DNA from: Camelus dromedarius
Taxonomy: Eukaryota
Assembly: GCF_036321535.1 (NCBI RefSeq)
Contig: NC_087437.1
Span: 43,402,001-43,466,000, forward strand
DNA: 64,000 nt
Reading direction: 5' to 3'
Of this stretch, positions 52,270 through 64,000 are shown piece by piece. The notes beneath the pieces were generated by a model. The model did no database searches. It was not told where the DNA came from and was given only the letters and a program-made list of their open reading frames with translations. Position 1 is the first letter of the stretch; the number at the start of each line of letters is the position of its first letter. The translations under genes were made by a program, and so were the position numbers.

Positions 52270-52450
52270 TACTAGAGTGAGATGCCTGAGGTCAAATCCA
52301 GCCTTTTGATTAACCAGCTCTGTAACATTAAATACTGCACTTCGCCTGTGTCTTTATTTTCCCCATCTGTATAATGAGGATTATGATAGCTTCTAGCTCA
52401 CAGGATGTCATAAAAATTAAATCACCAAATAGTTAACAAAGTTGGCTTTG
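52270..52450 (+). mobile_element. MIR SINE
   Basis: 'tgcctgaggtcaaatccagcc...ttttccccatctgtataatgaggattatgatag'. Confidence 0.75.
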
Positions 52451-52489
52451 ATGTATTTTCAGTTATGTTTAAGACCTTGTTTTTATACT

Positions 52490-53040
52490 TCCCTGTGCTG
52501 TGCTATCAAGCTTCCTTCTCCAGCTTCCACCTTCATCTCCTCCACAGCCTGTCTCTCCTGGACTATTGGATAAGATTATCAAATTTCCTGATTGCTCAAT
52601 CTAATGACCTTTCTCAGAATTTGTTCTTGTTTTTGCCATAAACAGTTTTAAAGACCCCAATGACTTTGTAAATGCTCCCTCCTCTAATTTCATAACTTGC
52701 TCCAGGGTCTCTTTCTATCTCTCTAGACTGTATTTCTAATTTCAAAACTTCTGTTTCTATCCGCGTCAAGAGTTTTAACTTTGTGGCCATCAGTATATCG
52801 TCATCCAGTCTCAAAAAGAAAATCAGTTATATTTTCATGTAAATGATTCATTCTGTCTCACATTTTTCTCACACGTATCCCCTTCCCTCCAAGTCCACTG
52901 GCATTCTGTTTAATCAGGTCCTTGGTTACCTGTATTTGAAAAGATCTGTCCAGTCTCTCTCCTAGTCTGATTTACCTCAGGCACAAACATCATCTATTCA
53001 AATCACAGTTTTAATTGTATGTCCCTCTCTCAGTTACAGA
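52490..53040 (+). mobile_element. LINE-2 internal fragment
   Basis: Pyrimidine-rich L2-like: 'ttcctgattgctcaatctaatgacctttctcag', 'tctctagactgtatttctaat'. Confidence 0.55.
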
Positions 53041-53095
53041 GTTGTAGTTCTTTGCAGTTGCCAGTCAGCTTCTACCTTATTGTGTCTATTCACCT

Positions 53096-53443
53096 TGTTT
53101 TGGACTGAACTGTGTCCGCCCTCCCCTCTTCATATGTTGAGACCCTAACCCTCAGTATCTCAGAATGTGTCTCTGTTTGGACACAGGGCTTTTAAAGAAG
53201 TAGTTAAGTTAAAATGAGGTCTTTAGGGTGGGCCTCATATCTGATAGAGCTGGATGCTTTATAAGAAAAGGAGATCAGACACACAAAGAGACACCATGGA
53301 TGCCTTCCCACAGAAGAAAGACTATGTGAGGACCTGGTGGGAAGGTGGCTGTGGCAAGCCAAGGAGAGAGGCCTAAGGGGAAACCAAACCTACGGACACC
53401 TTCATCTGTGACTTCCAGCCCGCAGAACTGCGAGCCAGAAATT
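53096..53443 (+). mobile_element. ERVL-MaLR LTR (MLT1B-like), 3'-truncated
   Basis: 'tgttttggactgaactgtgtcc...ttcatatgttgagaccctaaccctcagtatctcagaatgtg...gacttccagcccgcagaactgcgag'. Confidence 0.9.
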
Positions 53444-55469
53444 GGTGGAGCTGGGGCGTGAATCAATCATGATTCCTTTCACCTCTGAGTTGACACTCTT
53501 AGCCACTCAGTATACATAGGTTGCTTCCTCAGGAACTTTTATTATCAAGTTGGTAATGAGCAGAAGTAAGGATTTCTAAATATCTAGGTTACATTAAAAA
53601 TAGCAAAATATAATATTTGAAAGCTGAATTTCACAGAAGAATAGAGAAAAGCAGGAGTGATGAATTCTAACAGGCAACAGAAGGAGGACATGGGAATCCT
53701 TCATCACAAGGTCAGTGGCTCAGCCGAGCATAAAGGATGGATCAGCGTTCCATAGGCGGAGGGCATTTATGGCTTGAGCAAGATCAGAGAGATGTGGCCA
53801 TGTGGAGAGGGTAAAGAGGACAGGGCACAGATGTGGGTGATGCTACATGAAGAGAAAGCTTAGTGAGGTTAGGAAGGGTTGGGACCACAGAGGACCTAAG
53901 TGACTGTACTAGTGGAATTTGGACACTTTAATGGAAGTCAGTCGGGAGGTATGTCCTCTCTTAAATCAGTATCAACTTTTTATGGGTATTCTAGGGAATG
54001 TGAAATGACAACTTTAAAGATGGCTTAAAAGCAGGACTTCGAAAATTGTTTTAAGCAAAACGTAATACCTCTGTAGACAAACTCTGTGATGCTTAAGGCC
54101 AATTTAGTTTCTGAAGTTCAAATGAGCATGAATGCAATTAGCCATTTGCTCCCTTAAAATGAGGGTGAATCTGTCTAATGTACCTTGTAATTTGCCAATT
54201 GCATGTAAATCATGTTCTTCTGAAAATCACTGAAGTTATATAAAGGGGCAGTCCTTTTACACGTGAAACCCAATTATTGACACCGTTTTTTCAATTATTA
54301 TTTGATTTCCATAAGTTACAACAGAATAATGCAAAGGGATAAAGCTATTTTCAGTTGAATTAAGTGTTATTTAAATGCTTCAGGAGTAATTCTATTAAGT
54401 CATCTATACATAGTATTGTCTATTCCATATGTTGTATTTCTCCCTGATTTGATTGTTCTACATATAATCACAATTTTTCTAGTGACAGATTTTATATAAC
54501 ATCCAAATTTCTTATTAGTTAAATGTTTTATGGCAGGTAAAATGTTGAATGAAACACTTGAATTGGTGAATTAAAGTTGGGCTTCATCAAAATTTCTTGT
54601 TTCTATATGAAAATTGATGAGTTTGTTGATGATTTATTGTACTTTCCATTTGAAAGCACGTTATTTGGTGCTGTTAGGTTACCATGTAAAACATAAAAGG
54701 CTAGAAAATTAATACTACGTCTCTCTCAAATCTGATGATGGGATGAGAAGGTAAAATCTAAATCTCAGTCTTCAAGGTCAAAAAGGGATTTCTTGCCTGA
54801 TTCAATTACTGCTCAATTTGATAGCAGTAAAGGAGTTAAGAGCATCTCTCCTATAATTTGGCTAGACTTTCATTATAAAAATAGAACACATTAACAGGAA
54901 GCCATTAAACACAATTTACGTGTGAATAGCACCCTCAGTGGAAGCTTTGCTTCTGCCACTTACGGGATAAAGTAAAGGTAACTGTTTCACATCAATTACC
55001 AGTCACTGTGGACAACATACTTTCATTAACTCCGTGGTCAAAAGCATTCATATTTATATTTTAAGAATGACACAGATCCATTCTTTTTGCTATTAATCTG
55101 CGTCCCCCACAATTACTGCCCTGACTGTTGTTGGAGTAATAAATTGGCTTTAGTGTTCGTGGGCTTTCCCCCTCCTTTTGGCCATCCTGCTTTGCTGTAG
55201 TGTGTAATGTGCCTTCATTTTTTTTGACAGACTGGAGGGAAAATGATTTCAAGTTCACATTAGTGAATGTGGCCCATTTATTTTAATTTCCTTGGTACCC
55301 CTAAGAGGAAAAAGCAAAAGTATCTATATTGCAAGTTTCAATTCAGAACAGTAGCTATCAATACAAAATGCAAACTAGCTTAGGGATTTAAAGCTTCTAT
55401 TATTGTCAAAGTTTTTGTTCATGTGTCTTGGATCCATAACAATGCAAAAATGGTTGTAGTTGTGTAATT

Positions 55470-55770
55470 GAAATGAAGAGACCCAGGTTCAAGTCTAGGC
55501 TGTGCTTCTCTCTCTGAAACTGGGGGCCCTGGCAGTTCTGTTAGTTTCTTCAAGTTTTAGTTTCTCATCTGTAAAATGAGGATAGTAATAGCTCTTTTCA
55601 GAGTTATTGTAAGGATGAGATTAAATGATATATATTCAACAATATTCATTGAGCCTCATATTGTACCAGACACAGGGCTAAGCTCAATTTACATGAGCAA
55701 ACAAAATCTAGAGAAATCTCTCCTCTCTTGGAACTTTTATTTTGTCATGTCAGAAAACAAACAGCAATTT
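55470..55770. mobile_element. MIR (+) abutting an L2 3' end (-)
   Basis: 'ttagtttctcatctgtaaaatgaggatagtaatag...gttattgtaaggatgag' then 'attcaacaatattcattgagcctcatattgtaccagacacagggctaag'. Confidence 0.75.
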
Positions 55771-56610
55771 TATGGTATAGGATAGTTGCTCACTATTTCC
55801 AGACCTTTTCAGCCTGTAACTATAAAATGAGATGACATTTCTTTTAAATGCCAAATTTTAATCAATGTAGGACCAGAACTTCTCCCCAAAGCATCCTTCA
55901 GTGCTTCCCAGAGCCCACAAGGAGCCCTCTAGTGGAAGCACAGAGGACTCACTCAAGTTCCCACCCTCTCCCCTTCCTCAGCCCACCATGACCCTTAGTC
56001 TGTGCTGCTGCACTTGTGGTTGGCACAGCCCAGTGCACCGGGGTGGCCCTCTCCACCTCCCTTCCATACCAACACCCCAGCCTCAGGGAATGCTGAGTCC
56101 ACATTGCCCTACTGCCCAGCGGACAAATCAAGAATTTACTCCAGCTCCATTGTTGATGAGGCCCATTTCTCTCCTTGTTATTTTCTATCCCTTAATTTGA
56201 TCTTTTCACTATAAATGACTGGGAAGACTCGCTGGTTTCAGAGGAAATGCCACTTCTCACTCAAAGGGCACATGCCCTTACCCTCAGCTTCTGATGAACA
56301 ATTAACAGAACAGAACACTCAGTCTCACTCAGTTTTGACTAACACTGTGAGGTACCTTTTGTCCAGTCCGTGTTCTCTACCATCTCTCTTCCAGTGGAGG
56401 AGTTCTGTGGTTCCTCCCGCCCTCCTTGACGAAGCTTCTTATTTTGAAGCCAGATACTTGAAGATTTGCAATTCTGTTCCCACCATCAGAGTTTCAAAGA
56501 AATCAGGGTCAAATTTTGGTCATAGATCAGCCCTAAGATGATGACAGCAGATGGTCTATTCCTTTTTACAGATCTAACACCAGGAAGACTACATTCTCTT
56601 TGTCATGTTT

Positions 56611-56637
<27 letters not shown>
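56611..56637. repeat. (TG)n microsatellite
   Basis: Direct observation. Confidence 0.95.
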
Positions 56638-56642
<5 letters not shown>

Positions 56643-56750
56643 GGTTGAGATTGTAGATACCACTTTCAAGGGATGTAGCAGAGACGCTAGATTTGAATAT
56701 AACAATTAACCAAGAGCTCCCCTTCACTCCTTTGAGAATTTTTGATATGA

Positions 56751-57272
56751 TGTTATAAGAGGAAAATAATCCTCCCTTTACCCTCTGAGTTCTTAGCTGA
56801 GACTCCTATAATAAAAGTCATGTTAACAAGAGAAAAACAAGGACGCTGATTAACAAGTATATATGCATACCTGGGAGATACACAGGGGAAAGTGAGTAAC
56901 TCTCTTTGGTGGCTTAGAATTTCAGTTTAGGTCATATCTTCAGCAAAAGACTATATTTGTGAAGAAATGACAGAAAAGGAAAAGCAATTTGTCTTCTAAG
57001 GGCAGAGATAAAGGCCAGTTAGTAGAGTGTTTTATATAGATGCCTTTGGTGCCTTCTCCAGACTGACTGGGTCTACAATTGCCCCAGGGGACAAAACTGT
57101 CCTTTCTGGTTGAGGGGGGAGGAGAGACTCCTTTGTAAATTTCCATCTTGCTCTTAGGCAAATGGGGGAGGGCAGCGAACTTTGTAGCTACTTCTTCTCA
57201 GTTGCTTTCAATTCAAAATACTCTGTATGCCAAAGTGGCACATTTTGTGATAGCACAGTCTGCTACCCTTCA
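56751..57272 (-). mobile_element. ERV1 solo LTR (MER34-like)
   Basis: 'ccctctgagttcttagctgagactcctataataaaag...ttaacaagagaaaaac' and terminal 'ttcaaaatactctgtatgccaaagtggcacattttg...tgctacccttca'. Confidence 0.8.
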
Positions 57273-57558
57273 ACACTGTTACCAAAGCAGAGCACAAAGT
57301 TTTAGAGCAGTCAAAGTGAGCCAGATAGTGAGGAGGAAACACAGGTGCTTTACTGATATTTACACATGGAAAATACATGCATCAAAATTGTCACCTTTAA
57401 ATATAGAGAGCAACTTCTGCAAAAATGTGAGGGGATAGTAAATTCAGAAATGAGAATAACTTTGTTACGCACACAACAGGTGAAGTCTTTCAAATAGCTC
57501 CTCCAGATTTTACACCAAGTAGTGCATCTTGATGAGTCCAGTTCTTGGTTACGGGTAT

Positions 57559-57999
57559 TGTCAATGAAATAAATGCACAGCCTAAAAGCTGAGTGTTATG
57601 TTTTATTTGGTGGAAGGACTCAAGCCGGGATGACTGCTCCAAAGAGGTAGGGGAGGAGCCAGGATATATAGGATCTTTACAACAAAGACCAGGTAGTTGG
57701 AACATTAAAAGATTACTTGTTAACTGAAGAAAGTCGGGCATCTCAAGTTAAAGAATTTAGCGTTTTTTCTATGTATGGGAGGGAGCAAACATTTGGGCTC
57801 ATTGAATTCATTCCTTTGACAAGCACCTAGCTATCCTGTCCTTTCTTTTTCTGAGTCCCCTCAGGGTGCACCATTGTGAGTGGCTGCAGAGGCTGGGCTG
57901 CCAGCTTGTCTTCACTAGGGGGTGGCAGCAGCTGCTGATGACTTGATGGCGTCAGCATTCTTTGTTTACTGATGTGGTTTGCAGTTTTTTTTGTTCACC
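57559..57999 (-). mobile_element. ERV1 solo LTR, cetartiodactyl MER41-like
   Basis: 4-bp TSD GTAT at 57555-57558 and 58000-58003; minus-strand AATAAA (57602-57607) and TATA-like box (about 57665); 'tctcaagttaaagaatttagcgttttttctatgtatggga'. Confidence 0.82.
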
Positions 58000-58619
58000 G
58001 TATTTTCTTGGGACGATAACAAACACTTGGAATTTTCAGTGTTCTTGATTAAACTCTTTATTTCCATCAGTTCTCACACTGTTAATATTTTGTTATAAAG
58101 AATTTTGTTGAAAGGCTTTAATGGTGTATGATTTGCAAATAAATGTTTTTTCTCTCAAAATAACAATACAATTCAGTTTAAGACCAATATGCTCACAGTT
58201 GGATGAAATCATTTTTAAAAGTGCTAAAATAACAGTATTTTAGTAACCCAGAGGCAATTATGACAGTGAGTGAGAATTTATCCTCAGAAAGATCAAACTT
58301 AATACAATGGTGTCTACTTCTAATTAGCTACAAGGTAATATTTTAAAATTATTGGCAATTGAATAGACCTTAACATTTCAGACTAAAAGACAGAACCTAA
58401 GCATGTGTGATGCCTCAAATACATTCTTTAAGCCAGAGAAAACATCAGAGAAATCTCCATTTTTCTGTTCTTATTCAAAAGTGGTGTTTTCTAAAGGTAC
58501 GGTTGATACTGCTACACATTTTCAGTGAATTGAAACTTTATCAAAGATCTTACGAGTGTTGAAAAGTTAACAAGATTGTTAACAGAGGTGCTCAAAATCG
58601 TTCAAATTCCTCTCAATGT

Positions 58620-58777
58620 CTCCGAGGGAGATTTTCTCTCTATGTATTGGGAGGGCGCCTCTCACATGAGGGTTTTATGTCCTTTTTAGGGAAAGATAAG
58701 AAAGTCCTTCTCACAGCTTAAAACATTCACTATGCCGGGTTGTCATATTTGGGGATATTGTGTCCTGAACCCTGTCA
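58620..58777 (-). mobile_element. ERV1 LTR fragment (MER34/MER39-like)
   Basis: 'cagcttaaaacattcactatgccgggttgtcatatttggggatattgtgtcctgaaccctgtca', similar to the termini at 57272 and 61877. Confidence 0.65.
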
Positions 58778-59569
58778 CCAGCTACTCCATTGATAGAGAG
58801 AACTTGCACACTGTAGGTATTCATTATTTGAAGGATGAATGTCATTGAATAGATGAAAATCCTAGGTCATGGGTTCACACTGTACATACATTATTTAGCT
58901 TGTTTTTCCACCCTTCGTTTGGCTAATGTTAGTTCTAGAGTTGTTTATTCTTGTCATTGTTGTTATGTTTAGAGCTGGTTATTCTTCATCACTGTCTAAA
59001 ACTCTTTACAGAAGCCTATGGTTGCTTCATGAACCTTTTCATCAAAGTCAGGTTTATGATGCAGATCTGTATACCTTTATTTCTGGGATGTATGTGATAA
59101 ATCATTTCTTTGACAGCCTGTCAAATTATTCTGGTTAGTTGAGATCCATTCATGTGATTGTCTCTTTAGCGGAATCATTGAGTTGGTACAGTTTGTGGTC
59201 ATGTTAGAATGGATTTATTGAGAAGGGTCTACGTGACTTTTCAAGCCGTGAGAGTCCTTAGAAACATTTTAAGATAAAATTTAAATTGCCTTTATTGGAC
59301 ATTATATGCAGTGTTCTCCTTTTAAGTCTGTGAAACAGTCGAGTGATGTTGATTGGTTCCCCTAATTTTCCTTCACCTCTCTAACCTCATTTATAGGTTA
59401 GAAAGTACAGGATTGAGTACTGCCTTTGATTAAAGTAGCCAAATACTTCTGTGTATAACTTAGATCTCATAAAATGTACATAGTGTGTGTATTTGTGTGT
59501 GTGTTCAACTTAAATACCATTAAAAAAAATCGGACCAAACCAATAACAATGCATATATATTTATTTTAG

Positions 59570-60065
59570 AATATAAAAAAGAAGACCTGAAAAACAGCCC
59601 TAAATATAAACAAATATTAACTAAAAGGATGATCACCACAGCATTTGTTTTTATATCAAAAATAGAAACTTCCAAATGTCACAAGAAAGGAGTAATAATT
59701 AAATCACATCTTCAAAAACACCAAATACAAGCAGTAGTAAAATATATATATAGTTAAATTTTGGCAAGGAAAAAAATTATATTTATAGATAGATAGAAAT
59801 GTGATCCCAAATATATTTATATATCATGAAAGTAGATTATAAAATTACATGTACAGTATGATATTGTTTTACTGGAAGTAGACACTTTCAAATATGCAAA
59901 TATAGCTAGAGACAGGCAAATAGAAAGGCGCCAACATCTTCACAGTGAGTGTCTCTGGATGGTAGAATTACCAGTGATTTTTGTTTTTCTTCTTACTCGT
60001 TTAGGTTTTCTGCTAAGGAAATGTATCACTTCATACTAAGAGAATGGAAGAAGTTAATTTTCACA
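59570..60065 (+). mobile_element. Ancient L1 (L1ME4-like) 3' region
   Basis: 'aaggatgatcaccacagcatttg', 'cacagtgagtgtctctggatggtagaattaccagtgatttttgtttttctt'. Confidence 0.72.
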
Positions 60066-61362
60066 AAGGAAAAAATAAATCCCAAGAGCTTTATTTTCTT
60101 TCAGCATTTGGTTTAAACACTTGAAAACATTTGCATAGTTAACGCTCTAAAACAAATGATTGCCTGTGAGTAGAATAATACTACGGAAATAGCAAGCATG
60201 ATAGACACCATTCAAAGTGTGCCGTGACTCTTGCTGGATGTAAGGCGGCCCTCAGGGTCTGTGTCACACGATTGTGTGATGAGTTTAAAAATGTTCAGTG
60301 ACCCGCTTCTGACACCTGAAGCAGCAAGCCCCTAGGTCAGAGACTTCCTGCTACTAAATCTTGTGCTCTGATACATTGTGTTACGGTCGCTGGTAGCTTC
60401 TGCTTCTCTTGTATTTTAACGCACATGTCTTTTTGACATTTTTGTTAAGAAGGCGAATATCTTGGATAACATCAGTTTGTAGGTCACACATCCATCTGAA
60501 CCTGTCATTTACCCAAATTGCAAAGCCATCATGTGTAATTTGTCTCAATTAGCAATTTTATAGTTAGTAATTAACTTTACTGTTAATTGATTCTCTCTGT
60601 AATAAATGCTTGAGGAAGTGAAATGAATATGTGTGATTTTTTTTGTCAAAGAGAAAAATTTTAACTTGAGGTTTGAGCAAAAGCTGCATTTCCTTCTTGG
60701 AAGGACAAATTTTTCCTGCCAAAAATGTCACCAAGAGACTGATGGGAATTTGTATCAACTCTTTTTTGACAGTTGAACATTATGTAGGTAATTTTGATAT
60801 TGTTTTAGTTTTTAGCTTTTGGACTTTTTTCTCATTAGAAATGCAATTTTACCTAATTTTTTAAACATTGATGTCTAGGTCTTGATGTACTACTCTCCCT
60901 AAAAGATGTAATTAAATGCTCTTTCATAAGGAAATCTATTACACTACCCATTTGAGGAAGCCTGTATAAATTTGTAAAGGATTAATTTTATATTATATCT
61001 GAGTCATTCACTAATGCAAATGCTAATTTAAAAGCTTGGCTTGCTGTTGAGGGACTGAATATATTTCAACACAGCAGTTTGGGTTATGCTCTTTAGTGCA
61101 GGAGGCGAACTTTCAGTTTAAAGACCTCATTATGCTTATGAATATATGGGAGGGGTGGGTAAAATGCAATTAGAAAACAATACCAGCAAATCAGCATGCA
61201 TATTCTTACATGAATATTTGGAATCCAAGAAGCAATTTTGTCTCCTTTAGTTGGTTCTAAAAGTAAAGATTTAGGGGTGTGGTCTGTGTTTTTATATTGT
61301 GTAGCAGATTCAAAAAGAGGAAAGGATTTAAAAATACATAGAGCAGAAAGTGATGAGGTGCT

Positions 61363-61877
61363 TGTAAGAGGAGGGTCTCTGGCTAGGCCTGAGAATTTAA
61401 CTGACAAAGGCAGATTAACGAAAGAAAAGCATGCACATTCTTTTAACTTAAGCTTTCTGAGACAGGGGAGCCCTTTTAGGGAAACAAAGACCCAAAGAAG
61501 TGGTTAAGCCAGAGCATTTTTATTCCAGATTTGATGATTAGCGGAGACTCATGGAAAACCATGATAGGACACAAGGTGTGAGCTTAGGGAGGTAAGCTGG
61601 GGGAAACAGCAAGGCCTGTTTGGATTCCTCTAGGTGGCCCTATAGAAGGAGGGTCTTCTCACCCGCCTCAGGGGAGACAAGGGAGGTTGCAGAGTCCTTC
61701 CAGCACCTGCTGTTTTTATAACCTGCTTCGGGGGAGGGGATTTATGACAGTTGAGTTCTTTTGGGAGGCCCTGCTTTTTGGGCAGCTGGGGTATTCAGGT
61801 ACTCACATTCCTTCAGCTCAAAATAAATCTGATGTCAGAGTGGCCTATTTTGGGGTATCATTTCCTGATTCCCTTCA
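61363..61877 (-). mobile_element. ERV1 solo LTR (MER39/MER34-like)
   Basis: TG...CA ends; 'ggcagattaacgaaagaaaagcatgcac...aaagacccaaagaagtggttaagcc' and 'ccttcagctcaaaataaatc...tattttggggtatcatttcctgattcccttca'; imperfect TSD tgct / agct. Confidence 0.8.
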
Positions 61878-62469
61878 AGCTTCGCACCTTTCCCATAAAT
61901 GACTTTACCATTGAATATATCCATTTACCCAATTGTTTTTTCTTTCTTGCTTTACCCCCTTGATTTCTTGCTTTTGATGAACCTATCTTGGCTCTGATCT
62001 CTGGTAGATTAATGGATTGAGAAGGGTGGGCAGTGATGAAGAAACTTAAACCAAGATTGTGTGGAGAGAGAAATACATTCCTACTGCATGCAGGGCCCCT
62101 AAATATTTGTCTTGTATGTCTTGGTATCGCTGAATGATTTACAAGGACTGGTGCTGCTCAGTGATGATGCATTCATGGGTGAAATGGAAAAAATAAAGCA
62201 ATAAAGTTTTCCTAAAGCTAAATATATTCAATTTAAAGAACTTCCCTTTATTTTGAGATAGATTATAAAACTCTCTTTTTTTTTTTGAGTGAAAAATATC
62301 CCTTTGTTTAATGAAATGATAGTTTTAGTAGAAGAAAGGTTGTCTGTTTTGGTTTGAGTTTTTTCTGTCTTTTCTGGGGAAAGCAATTAGATGGAAATTA
62401 TGTTTTGCTTTCCTAGATATATATATATATATATTTTTAATTTTAATGTATTATTCTCTGAACACAATC

Positions 62470-62803
62470 ATCTCAGAAGCCAACGTAATAGAAACTAATA
62501 GAAGTGAGACAGCTCCTCTCAGCATTCGGGTGAAGACACACACCCGGGAGCCGCCAGCTGCAGTGGTGCTAAGTTTACAGAGAAAACAGATTTGAGAGAA
62601 TAAATCTTTATGCAGAATCAGAGAAAGATGATGAGAGAGAGACAAGGAGAGAGAGAGAGAGATCCAGAGGTCATCACTTTTCTGTTTCATTATCTGTAAG
62701 TCCAGCTCCTCTCTACATTTATTTATGTGAATTAATACATTCCTTTCTTTGCATGAGATACTTTGAGTTGGCTTCAGTCACTTGCACACGTGAGTGTCCA
62801 GGT
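62470..62803 (+). mobile_element. Ancient MaLR LTR 3' half (MLT1K/L-like)
   Basis: 'ttatgtgaattaatacattcctttctttgcatgagatactttgagttggcttcagtcacttgca'. Confidence 0.62.
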
Positions 62804-64000
62804 GAAGGAATTTCTGGAAGGGGCAATCTCCAGTTTCCTTTGAGGGACCCTTGACCATTTTCTTTCAAGAGCAATGCCCACAGGCAGACACTGGAGTGAG
62901 ACTCTTGACCTGGATTCCGGGGTCACATGTCTGAGGGAAGGTCACCATGATGCTCTCTCTCCCTGCTCTAGGTTCTGTTGCTCGATGTTCTGCAGATGGC
63001 CAGGAGGTGGTGGAGATCTCTGCCACCTTTAGCAAACTTCCGATGCTCCATTTTCTCTCTAGGTTTCTTGGTGCATGCTTGCTTGATTTCTACTTAGAAT
63101 AAACCTTTTAATGTCGAGCACTTCCTGGCAGTCAGATAGGCAGCCCCAGGGTCTCTCCTCAACCCCAATGAAGCAGCTCACCTTTGTTTATTCAGTTGGC
63201 TTTACACAGCCTTTGCTCCAGGGCTGAGTTGAAATTTAACATATGTTTGCTACTTTGACATAAAACAGTCTATAAAATCCCAGAATTGCAAGGTGAAAAG
63301 AAATACATGAGTGCTTAATTTTCATAAACTGTAAGCACAGAAACAAGGAGATTGGAGGTTCGTATGATTTTCAACACATCATTTTCATATCCTTGTATGA
63401 GATCATATCTTGGGAATCCTTTATTAAAATATGGCTAGTATTTATTTCCATTTTTGTGTCTTCCCTTCTTTCTCTTCTAATGACATATAGTTTTCATATT
63501 TCTATTATTTTTAAGGCCAATTAAATAATAAATCTTCCTTAATTCAGATTCAAAGTAATATATAATTTGCAATAAGTCAGAAAGGAAATTTATTGTAAAT
63601 TTATGAATCTTTACTCTTATAAAGAAGAGTTTTTTTTAACAGAAAATTAATAATATAAGCATAGTTATTAAGATAGTAACTAATTTTTGAAGCACTTTAA
63701 ATCTGCATATGCATGCAAACAATTGATATGCTAATTTTAGAATATACAAACTTATCTTCTGAAGTACCTTCACTTGACAACAAACTGGTAATTAGGTATG
63801 CACTGCAGTAATAATTAAAAGTCAAAATTTTCAGTCACTCTCATTGACTATACCTCACATCGAACTGAATAATTAGGGTTATACCAATACGAATTTACAC
63901 AACATAAAAATATTAGGATTATCTTCACAAACAAATCCTGATGGCTAAAGATTTTTTAATTTTTTTTCCTGAATTATTTAAGAATGTCACAGCAAAAGCC

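Noticed and set aside
55901..56541. Group of 60-108 aa ORFs in a GC-richer patch
   Set aside because: No homology recognised and no exon structure; higher GC reduces stop frequency.
56751..61877. Possible full provirus between two MER34/39-like LTRs
   Set aside because: The LTRs are clearly dissimilar, and the interior holds L1 and unique DNA with no gag/pol/env remnants.
1..64000. tRNA/rRNA/snRNA genes, CRISPR arrays, CpG-island promoters, processed pseudogenes
   Set aside because: None recognised by eye; a highly diverged small RNA or pseudogene cannot be excluded without Infernal/BLAST.

Overview
Placental-mammal genomic DNA, AT-rich and non-coding. It is most likely camelid: it has cetartiodactyl-type young L1 3' ends, and I saw no Bov-A/BovB, PRE-1, CHR-2, Alu or B1 elements. 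None of the supplied ORFs looks like a real gene; they arise from chance, microsatellites or repeats. Much of the window is transposon fossil: L1, L2, MIR, MaLR/ERVL and ERV1 solo LTRs, hAT-Charlie and Tigger MITEs, plus an RTE-clade LINE and a CR1/L3 LINE that still show recognisable protein motifs. Between the repeats are unique blocks dense in homeodomain, PBX-HOX, SOX and POU motifs that resemble conserved non-coding enhancers. L1 orientation and poly-T bias suggest a large intron of a + strand gene, which I could not identify. The best candidate for a functional coding element is a 15-nt neural-type microexon at 33977-33991 (119-nt AG-free pyrimidine tract, UGC motif, AAG|GTAAGG donor). 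I found no clearly novel multi-gene system. Repeat subfamily names come from recalled consensus sequences and need RepeatMasker/Dfam confirmation; most repeat boundaries are approximate.
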